Assembly (NCBI GenBank): GCA_965279525.1
Contig: CBDIIB010000005.1
Coordinates: forward strand, 1,024,001-1,088,000
Origin: Tagaea sp.
GTDB lineage: Bacteria > Pseudomonadota > Alphaproteobacteria > CACIAM-22H2
Reading direction: 5' to 3'
Length of the DNA: 64,000 nucleotides
Shown: positions 27,494 to 34,889 of the stretch, piece after piece
Layout: each line of letters begins with the position of its first letter
Position numbering within the stretch: position 1 is the stretch's first letter
Notes under the pieces: generated by a model
The model's database searches: none
Told to the model about the DNA's origin: nothing
Seen by the model: the letters and a program-made list of their open reading frames with translations, nothing else
Program-made: the position numbers and the translations under genes

Positions 27494-29494
27494 ATGGAAG
27501 CAGCGGCCGTCGTCAAGCGCGTCGCCACGACGCTCGTCATCGCGGCCATCGCCGGGTCCGTCACGTTCGGCATCTTCTATTTCTTCCCGTTCCTGGGCAC
27601 GGCCGAACGCTGGACGCGCGATTTCCGCATCGCGAACATGTCGCCGCCCGAGCCGCAGCACCCCGACATCGTCGTGGCGGCGATCACGGAAGAAACACTG
27701 TCGTCGTTTCCCTACCGCTCGCCGGTCGACCGCAAGTTCCTTGCCGACACGGTGCGCGCGATCGCGGCCAAGGGCGCCAAGGCGATCCTGATCGACGTGC
27801 TCTTCGACCAGGAGACCGAGGAAGACAAGGACGACGAGCTTCGCGAGGCACTGGCGGAACTGACGATCCCGTTCTCGATCAGCTACTCGGATTCGCCCAC
27901 CTACGTGACCGACGAGCAGCTCGCCTATCTCGACGATTTCGTGAAGCCGGCCTGGCGCGGCCTTGCCGACATCGAGCCCGACAAGACCGACGGCATCATC
28001 CGCTTCGTGCCGCCGCCGCGCCACGTCAAGGACGGCACCTACGTGCCCAACGTCGCGGCCCGCGTGGCCCAGCTGCTGGGCGCGACGATCCCCGACAAGC
28101 AGAGCATCATCGCCTGGCGCGGCGAGCCCGACAGCGCCACGCAGCCCTTCCGCGAATTCCCGGCGCACGCCGTGCGCGTGCTGCCGGAAGCGTGGTTCAA
28201 GAACAAGATCGTGCTGGTGGGTGCCAACCTGTCGCTGACCGACCGCTATCGCACGCCGTTCTCGATCGGCCGCGACGTGGGCGACAACCGCATGGCCGGG
28301 ATCGTGATCCAGGCGCACATCCTGGCGCAGATGCTGGAGATGCGCGTGGCGCCCGAGGAGCGCGCCTTCGTGCCGCATCTCGTGACGCTGGCGCTGCTCG
28401 CGTTGATCGGTGCGGCACTCGGCAGCACCGGCGTGCCGATCTCGGTGCGGCTGGGCGGCGCCACGCTCGCGGTCGTGCTGCTGTGGGCGGCGGGCTGGTA
28501 CCTGTTCAAGGCCGACCATCCCTTCGTGCCGCTGGTCGAGGCGATGACCGGCGGGCGCAACCTGCTTGTCCCGCTGATCGAGCCGATCGTGGCGCTGGGC
28601 ATGGCGCTGTGGCTGTCCGACGCATGGTCGGGGCGCGAAGAACGCCAGCAGAAGAAGTTCATCCAGGGCGTGTTCAGCAAATACGTGTCGGCCGAGCTGC
28701 TGAACGAGATCGTCAAGGATCCCAAGAAGCTCGATCTTTCGGCGAGCCGCCGGCCGATGTCGCTGATCTTCACCGACGTGCAGGGCTTCACGACGCTGTC
28801 GGAAAAGCTCGAGGCCGCCCATCTCGCCGACGTGCTCAACCGCTATCTCGACGGCGGCTGCCGCGAGATCTGGAAGTACGGCGGCACGATCAACCAGTTC
28901 ACCGGCGACGCGATCTACGCGATGTTCAACGCGCCGCGCGAGCAGCCCGACCACGCGAAGCTGGCGCTGAAAGCCGCGCTCGACATCGACACGTTCTCCG
29001 AAGCGTTCCGCGCGGGCGAGCGCGAGAAGGGCGTGGACATGGGCATGACGCGCATCGGCGTGCACACGGCCGAGGCGAACGTCGGAAATTTCGGTTCGCT
29101 CGACCGTTACGAGTATAAAGCGCTTGGCGATGCGGTGAACACGGCCGCCCGGCTCGAAGGCCTCAACAAGTACTTCGGTACACGCATCCTGATCACGCAG
29201 CAGACGCGCGACGCGAGCCCCGAGATCCCGTGCCGCAAGGTGGGCGGCGTGATCGTCAAGGGCAAGAGCGAGCCCATCCATGTCTTCGAGCCGCTGACCG
29301 GCGCGCGCGCAAACGACGAGAACACGAAGCTCTATCTCGCCGCGTTCGAACTCCTGAAGGCGAAGGACCCGGCGGCACTCGCCGCGTTCGAGGACCTCGC
29401 GCAGCGCTACCCCGACGACGCGCTCGCCGAATACCATCTCGACCGGCTGCGCGAAGGCGAGACCGGCGAGGTCTTCGCGATGGCGGAGAAGTAA
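27494..29494 (+). CDS. CHASE2-domain membrane class III nucleotidyl cyclase
   Basis: CHASE2 (DIVVAAITEETL..P.DR, IDVLF, KNKIVLVG, D.YRTP), TM helices, cyclase motifs FTDVQGFT, GDA, RIGVH, GDAVNTAARLEG, VKGK. Confidence 0.92.
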   Translation: MEAAAVVKRVATTLVIAAIAGSVTFGIFYFFPFLGTAERWTRDFRIANMSPPEPQHPDIVVAAITEETLSSFPYRSPVDRKFLADTVRAIAAKGAKAILIDVLFDQETEEDKDDELREALAELTIPFSISYSDSPTYVTDEQLAYLDDFVKPAWRGLADIEPDKTDGIIRFVPPPRHVKDGTYVPNVAARVAQLLGATIPDKQSIIAWRGEPDSATQPFREFPAHAVRVLPEAWFKNKIVLVGANLSLTDRYRTPFSIGRDVGDNRMAGIVIQAHILAQMLEMRVAPEERAFVPHLVTLALLALIGAALGSTGVPISVRLGGATLAVVLLWAAGWYLFKADHPFVPLVEAMTGGRNLLVPLIEPIVALGMALWLSDAWSGREERQQKKFIQGVFSKYVSAELLNEIVKDPKKLDLSASRRPMSLIFTDVQGFTTLSEKLEAAHLADVLNRYLDGGCREIWKYGGTINQFTGDAIYAMFNAPREQPDHAKLALKAALDIDTFSEAFRAGEREKGVDMGMTRIGVHTAEANVGNFGSLDRYEYKALGDAVNTAARLEGLNKYFGTRILITQQTRDASPEIPCRKVGGVIVKGKSEPIHVFEPLTGARANDENTKLYLAAFELLKAKDPAALAAFEDLAQRYPDDALAEYHLDRLREGETGEVFAMAEK

Positions 29495-29530
29495 AAAGAA
29501 CAGGTTACGACAGGTTACGGTAACCTGTTT
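29493..29530. terminator. Probable bidirectional intrinsic terminator
   Basis: AACAGGTTAC...GTAACCTGTT inverted repeat with an A-tract before it and TTT after it, directly after the cyclase stop. Confidence 0.55.
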
Positions 29531-29671
29531 ATCCCGTCGAAATTCAAAGGTTGTAACCTGCAACGTGCTTTTTCACGCGCTTTGTATGCCGAGCGAACCA
29601 GCAACATATTCACTTGTCAAAGAGCACGTTCCGACGGTTCCGAGCATGCCGGAACCCGCACAGGTTGTCAA
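29493..29671 (-). ncRNA. Candidate small RNA with its own sigma70-like promoter
   Basis: Minus strand TTGACA (29671-29666), 17 nt, CATGCT (29648-29643); then a boxA-like TGCTCTTTGACA, a long imperfect stem and a terminator. Confidence 0.35.
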
Positions 29672-29689
29672 GAATTTAGACCCATAAGG

Positions 29690-29780
29690 CCCTCACCCTA
29701 ACCCTCTCCCGCGCGCGGGAGAGGGGACCGCACCGGTCGAGTCCCCTCTCCCCTCCGGGGAGAGGGCTAGGGTGAAGGGG
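29690..29780. repeat. BoxC/REP-like palindromic repeat (paired inverted units)
   Basis: CCCTCACCCTAACCCTCTCCC..GGGAGAGGG followed by CCCTCTCCCC..GGGGAGAGGGCTAGGGTGA. Confidence 0.8.
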
Positions 29781-29783
29781 GTC

Positions 29784-30491
29784 TCACGCCGCCATCGACG
29801 CGCGGTCGATGAGGTTGGCCCAGGAATTCATCGAGGCGAAGTGGGCGTAGGCGACGGCGAGCCAGCCGCGTTTGCGCCAGTCGATGAAGGCGGCGTCGGG
29901 GAGCGTGTCGAACTTCGCGCGATCGAGGATGCGGAAGCCGCCGAGCACGATCTTGCGCCCGTCGGTGAGCGCGAATTCCGCGCGGTGGTCGGCGAGCAGG
30001 CCCGCACTGGCGCACGCGGCGGCGAAGGCCTGGGCGGCATCGGCCTGCACCTGGAACTCGCGCGAGAAGGCAAGCGCCTGCTCGACGAGCGGCGTTGGCT
30101 TCTCGCCGTCGAACAGCGGGATGCCGGCATCGCCGATCGCGTCGGCCGCCTCGTCCACGCACAGCACGAGTTGGTCGGCGAGCTGGGCGAAGGCGAAGGG
30201 ATAGCGGCGCACATAGGCCGGCACGTAGCTGCCCGGCCGCCAGTCGCCCGCCTCGTCGACGAAGAGGTTGCGGCCCTTCTCCACGCCGAGCAACGCGATC
30301 AGCCCGCCCGGTTCGGCGGCCGCGAAGACGAGCGGATAGTGGCGCGCGGCCACTTCGGCTTCGGCCGCCCCCAGCGGCACGGCGTTGGTTTCGCGCGCGA
30401 AGCCGAAGCCGACCGGGGCCGTATAGCGCTTGGTGGCGTGCGCCTCGCGCGAGATCGCCACCGGCCGGCGATAGAGGATCGGCTCGTTCAT
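29784..30491 (-). CDS. SapC family protein
   Basis: FGFARETNAVPL..E...A..YPLVF, LLG...NLFV, YVPAYVRRYPF motifs. Confidence 0.88.
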   Translation of the reverse strand: MNEPILYRRPVAISREAHATKRYTAPVGFGFARETNAVPLGAAEAEVAARHYPLVFAAAEPGGLIALLGVEKGRNLFVDEAGDWRPGSYVPAYVRRYPFAFAQLADQLVLCVDEAADAIGDAGIPLFDGEKPTPLVEQALAFSREFQVQADAAQAFAAACASAGLLADHRAEFALTDGRKIVLGGFRILDRAKFDTLPDAAFIDWRKRGWLAVAYAHFASMNSWANLIDRASMAA

Positions 30492-31321
30492 CTTGCGAGG
30501 AACGCCGCGACCGCGCGGTTGAACGCGTCGGGCACCTCGAAATAGGCGGAGTGGCCCGCTCCTTCGAACGACATGTGCCGCGCGTCGGGGAAGCCCTTGG
30601 CGAGGATCGGTGCCGCGAAAGACGGGAAGACCATGTCGGAACTGCCGGTGAGGAACAGCGTGGGCACCTTCAGGTTCGCCACGTCGGCAAGCTTGCGGGT
30701 GCGCATCTTGACGATGCGCGCGCGCAGATCGTCCTTGGGCAGGCTGGTCGCGAGCGCGTCCATGCCGCGATACAGATGGTGCATGGCCGGGTTCGCCTCG
30801 GCCATCGCGGCACCAAGGGCCGGATGGATCGCGCGCATGCGCAGGTCGGCATTGACCGCGACCGCCCGGTTGCTCCATTCGGCGAATTTCGCGGGATCGG
30901 CCTGGGCCGGATCGAGCGTGCCGCTCGTCGCCGCCAGCACCATGGCCTCGACGCGTGCGGGATGGCGCAGCGCGAATTCAAGCGCGGTCCACCCGCCCAT
31001 CGACTGCGCCACGATGGCGAAGCGCTCGATGCCCAGATGGGCCGTCAATGCTTCGAGGTCGCCGGCGAAATCCGCCGGATCGGGTTTCGTACCCGCCACC
31101 GTCGACGGCGCGAAGCCGCGATGGGAGAAGGTCACGCAGGTGTGACGCAGCCGGAAGAACGGCACCTGCTGCCACCACGACAGATGGTTGCCGCCCAGCC
31201 CGTGCGCGAAGACCAGCGCCGGGCCGTCGCCCGCGACCTCGTAATAGATGCGTGCACCCGGCCGCTCGACGAAGCCGGTGCGTTCGGCGCCGTGCGGCGC
31301 CCAGGGTGTCGTGTCGTTCAT
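30488..31321 (-). CDS. Alpha/beta hydrolase
   Basis: FAHGLGG, AQSMGG nucleophile elbow, GAGHSAYFE. Confidence 0.9.
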   Translation of the reverse strand: MNDTTPWAPHGAERTGFVERPGARIYYEVAGDGPALVFAHGLGGNHLSWWQQVPFFRLRHTCVTFSHRGFAPSTVAGTKPDPADFAGDLEALTAHLGIERFAIVAQSMGGWTALEFALRHPARVEAMVLAATSGTLDPAQADPAKFAEWSNRAVAVNADLRMRAIHPALGAAMAEANPAMHHLYRGMDALATSLPKDDLRARIVKMRTRKLADVANLKVPTLFLTGSSDMVFPSFAAPILAKGFPDARHMSFEGAGHSAYFEVPDAFNRAVAAFLAR

Positions 31322-31410
31322 GGCTGCCATCATCGCGCGCGGCTTGGCGGGCGGCAACTGCCGGGCTAGCCTTGCCTGCACAATTCCGGAAATTCGAGGA
31401 GTCCCGCCCC

Positions 31411-32400
31411 ATGAAATACGTTCCGCTCGGCCGTTCCGGCCTGATGGTAAGCCGCGTGTGCCTTGGCGGAAATTCGTGGGGGGCACGCGGCCGGCGTGCG
31501 TGGGCGGGCTTCGATGCCGGCGACAGCACGCCATTTTTCAAGCGGGCGCTGGATCGCGGCATCAATTTCTTCGACACGGCCGACGCCTACAACCTCGGTG
31601 CGTCCGAGACGATCATGGGCGAGACGCTGATGACCTATGCGCCGCGCGACGAGATCGTGCTCTCGACCAAGATCGGCCTCAAGATGGGCGACGGGCCCAA
31701 CGCGGTCGGGCTGGGCGCCAAGCACCTGCTGGCCGGCATCGACGCGCAGCTGAAGCGCCTGAAGACCGACCATATCGACGTCTACCAGGTCCACCGGCTC
31801 GATCCGCACACGCCGGTCGAGGAGTTCATGTACACGCTCGACGGCATCGTGCGCGCCGGCAAGGTGCGCTATATCGGCGGCTCGACGATGCCGGCGTGGA
31901 AATTCGCCCAGATGATCGCGCTCGCCGACCGGCACGGCTACGCCCGCCCCATCGCCATGCAGAACCTGCACAACCTGATCCAGCGCGAGGAAGAGCGCGA
32001 GATGAACGCGATGTGCGCGGCCGAGGGCGTGGGGCTCATCCCCTATTCGCCGCTGGCGCGCGGTTTCCTTGCCGGCAACCGGGTGCGTGGCGGCGGCGGC
32101 GAGACCGAGCGTTCGAAGAACGACGCGGGTGCGAAGCCCGACGCGTGGCGCGACTGCGACTGGAAGATCGTCGACGAGCTCAAGGCCATCGCCGCTTCGC
32201 GCGGCGTCAAGCCCACGCAGGTCGCCTTCCTGTGGCTGTGGTCGAAATCCTATATGGCGGCCCCGATCATGGGGGCGACGAAGCTCGACCAGCTCGACGA
32301 GGCGGCGGCGGCGGCCGACATGCCGGCCCTGACCGCGGAGGAAGTTTCGCGGCTCGAAGCGCCCTACCAGTGGCGCCCACATCCGGGCTGGAACAGCTGA
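31411..32400 (+). CDS. Aldo/keto reductase
   Basis: LGRSGLMVS, FFDTADAY, STK, IDVYQVH, PYSPLARG motifs. Confidence 0.93.
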   Translation: MKYVPLGRSGLMVSRVCLGGNSWGARGRRAWAGFDAGDSTPFFKRALDRGINFFDTADAYNLGASETIMGETLMTYAPRDEIVLSTKIGLKMGDGPNAVGLGAKHLLAGIDAQLKRLKTDHIDVYQVHRLDPHTPVEEFMYTLDGIVRAGKVRYIGGSTMPAWKFAQMIALADRHGYARPIAMQNLHNLIQREEEREMNAMCAAEGVGLIPYSPLARGFLAGNRVRGGGGETERSKNDAGAKPDAWRDCDWKIVDELKAIAASRGVKPTQVAFLWLWSKSYMAAPIMGATKLDQLDEAAAAADMPALTAEEVSRLEAPYQWRPHPGWNS

Positions 32401-32403
32401 CGC
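32371..32403 (+). repeat. 33-bp direct repeat, copy 1 (includes the AKR stop codon)
   Basis: TGGCGCCCACATCCGGGCTGGAACAGCTGACGC, identical to 33156-33188. Confidence 0.9.
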
Positions 32404-32422
32404 GTCCTGCGGATTCGTCGAG

Positions 32423-33142
32423 ATGGCAGCAATCACGCTCTATTCCGGTCCCTTGAGCATGTTCGGCGCGAAGGTGCAGATCGCCGCGCTGGAGAAGGGC
32501 CTCGCCGTCGATCTGGTGATGGTGCCCTTCGAGATGACGCGGCTGTACGAGCCCAAGCATCCGGATGTGCTGCGCATCAATCCGAAACGCCAGGTGCCGG
32601 TGTTGATCCACGGCGCGCTGGAATTGTACGACTCGACGCAGATCTTCGAATATCTGGAAGACCTGACGCCCGACCCGCCGCTCTGGCCGCGCGAGATTGC
32701 TGCCCGCGCCCGCGCCCGCCTGCTGGAGCATGAATCCGACGAAGTGTATTTCCCGCCGATCGTCCGCCTGATGGGCCTGCAGCAGACGCCCGACGATCCC
32801 GCCGCCATCGCCGCCCGCGCGGCGGTGGCGACCTTCTACGCGAAACTGGAAGCGGCGCTGGCCGACGGCCGCGACTGGCTGGCCGGCGAGACCTACAGCT
32901 TCGCCGACATCGCGTTTTTCATGGCGCAGATTTTCGGCGCCCGCATGGGCGCGCCGATGGCCGAAACAGGTGCCGAGCAGACGCCGCGCCTGCTGGCCTG
33001 GCGCGCACGCATGATGCGGCGCGAGGCCGTGCGGCAGGTGGCCGGTGCGATGGCGCGCTGGCTGCGCGGCATCGGCCGGACGCTGCCGCCGTTCATGGAC
33101 GAACTGGCGGCAACCGGGCGCGGGGTCGGGGACCGGCGCTGA
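32423..33142 (+). CDS. Glutathione S-transferase family protein
   Basis: INPKRQVPVL, LYDSTQIFEYLE, YSFADIA motifs. Confidence 0.92.
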   Translation: MAAITLYSGPLSMFGAKVQIAALEKGLAVDLVMVPFEMTRLYEPKHPDVLRINPKRQVPVLIHGALELYDSTQIFEYLEDLTPDPPLWPREIAARARARLLEHESDEVYFPPIVRLMGLQQTPDDPAAIAARAAVATFYAKLEAALADGRDWLAGETYSFADIAFFMAQIFGARMGAPMAETGAEQTPRLLAWRARMMRREAVRQVAGAMARWLRGIGRTLPPFMDELAATGRGVGDRR

Positions 33143-33155
33143 CGCACCCGACCGT

Positions 33156-33188
33156 TGGCGCCCACATCCGGGCTGGAACAGCTGACGC
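33156..33188 (+). repeat. 33-bp direct repeat, copy 2
   Basis: Identical to 32371-32403. Confidence 0.9.
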
Positions 33189-33235
33189 TTCTCGCGGTAT
33201 CGTCGCCGCCAAGATTCCGTTCTGGGGAGGAACGC

Positions 33236-34804
33236 ATGTTCGCACGCATCATCGCAACGGCGGCAATCGCCGCCGTGGCCTTCGTTTCCGTTTCGGCGGC
33301 ACAAGAACAGCCGCGCCGCGGGGGCGAATTCATCTTCGCGGTCGGCGGCGAGCCGGACACGACCGACTGCCATGCGGCGACGAACTTCGCGGTCGTCCAC
33401 CACCTGGCGCCGCACTATTCGACGCTGGTGAAATTCAACCCGCCGAAATATCCCGAGATCGTCGGCGACGTGGCCAAGGAATGGACCGTCTCGCCCGACG
33501 GCAAGACCTATACGTTCAAGCTCGTCCAGCCGATCAAGTTCCATGACGGCTCGGCGCTGACCTCGGCCGACGTCAAGGCGAGCTTCGATCGCATCAAGAC
33601 GCCGGTCACCGGTGCGCGCTCGGCGCGGCGCGACCATTTCGCCGACGTGGCTTCGGTCGAAGCCCCGGCACCCGACACGGTGGTGTTCAGGCTCAACAAT
33701 CCGAACCCGGCGTTCATGACCTACCTCGCCGCGCCCTTCAACTGCATCTACTCGGCAGCGAAGCTGGCGCAGGACCCGCGCTATCCCGAGAAGCAGGTGA
33801 TGGGCTCGGGCCCGTTCGTGTTCGGCGAGCGCGTTCCCGGCTCGCACTGGGCCGGCAAGCGCTTCGACGGCTATTTCCGTGCCGGATTGCCGCATCTCGA
33901 TGGCTTCCGCGCCACGACGATGAGCGGTGCGGCCATGCTCAACGCCGTGCAGGGCGGCCAGGTGATGGCCGAGTTCCGCGGCATCAGCCCGGCCGAGAAG
34001 GCGCGCGTCGCCGGCCCCAAGGTGACCTTCCAGGAAGCGCCGTGGCTGTCGGGCCTGATCCTGTCGTTCAACATCGAGCAGAAGCCGTTCGACGACGTGC
34101 GCGTGCGCCGGGCGCTGAGCCTCGCGCTCGACCGGTTCGGCTCGGCCCCGTCGCTGGCACGCGTGTCGCAGGTGATGTCGACCGGCTCGCTGCTGCGCCC
34201 GGGCTATGCCTATGCGCCGACCGAAGCCGAGCTGGCGACATATCCCGGCATGGGCCGCGACATGGCGCGCAACCGGGCCGAGGCGCGCAAGCTGCTTGCC
34301 GAGGCGGGCCAGTCGAACCTCAAATTCGAGATGATCTCGATGTCGCTGCCGCCCTTCCCGACCGTCGGCGTGTGGCTGATCGACCAATGGCGCCAGATCG
34401 GCGTGACTGTCGAGCAGCGCCAGGCCGAGCGTGCCACCTATTTCGGCGCGCGCACGTCGGGGGCGTTCCAGGTGATGCTCGATTTCACGACCGAGTTCGC
34501 CGACGAGCCGAACTTCCAGCTGCGCCGCTTCATCTCGTTCGACCGCGTGCCGGGATTCAACGTCAGCCGCCATCTCGACCGGCGCCTCGACGAGATCTTC
34601 GACCGGCAGGAGCGCGAGACCGACTTCAACAAGCGCAAGGCGCTGGTGCGCGACTTCCAGATCCAGCTGATGGACATGGCCTACACGGTGCCGCTGTTCT
34701 GGTTCACGCGCATCATCCCGCTCGCGTCCAACGTGCGCGGCTGGGACATCACGCCCTCGCACCTGCTCGGCCAGGACCTCGCGGGCGTGTGGCTGGCGCC
34801 CTGA
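33236..34804 (+). CDS. ABC transporter substrate-binding protein, family 5 (Dpp/Opp-like), orphan
   Basis: Signal peptide; SPDGKTYTFKL..KFHDGS.LTSADVK; GSGPF; PFDDVRVRRAL. Confidence 0.92.
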   Translation: MFARIIATAAIAAVAFVSVSAAQEQPRRGGEFIFAVGGEPDTTDCHAATNFAVVHHLAPHYSTLVKFNPPKYPEIVGDVAKEWTVSPDGKTYTFKLVQPIKFHDGSALTSADVKASFDRIKTPVTGARSARRDHFADVASVEAPAPDTVVFRLNNPNPAFMTYLAAPFNCIYSAAKLAQDPRYPEKQVMGSGPFVFGERVPGSHWAGKRFDGYFRAGLPHLDGFRATTMSGAAMLNAVQGGQVMAEFRGISPAEKARVAGPKVTFQEAPWLSGLILSFNIEQKPFDDVRVRRALSLALDRFGSAPSLARVSQVMSTGSLLRPGYAYAPTEAELATYPGMGRDMARNRAEARKLLAEAGQSNLKFEMISMSLPPFPTVGVWLIDQWRQIGVTVEQRQAERATYFGARTSGAFQVMLDFTTEFADEPNFQLRRFISFDRVPGFNVSRHLDRRLDEIFDRQERETDFNKRKALVRDFQIQLMDMAYTVPLFWFTRIIPLASNVRGWDITPSHLLGQDLAGVWLAP

Positions 34805-34806
34805 CG

Positions 34807-34853
34807 CCTCACCCTAGCCCTCTCCCCTTGCGGGAGAGGGCTAGGGTGAGGGG
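34807..34853. repeat. BoxC/REP-like palindromic repeat (second copy)
   Basis: CCTCACCCTAGCCCTCTCCC-CTTGC-GGGAGAGGGCTAGGGTGAGG perfect hairpin; same family as 29690-29780. Confidence 0.85.
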
Positions 34854-34889
34854 ATCGCCATCTTCGATCCCGCCACGGTCGGCCCCTAT

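Noticed and set aside
29499-29780. Possible CRISPR array or iterons from the CAGGTTAC and CCCTCTCCC repeats
   Set aside because: No regular repeat-spacer period and no cas or rep gene; the repeats are palindromic hairpins.
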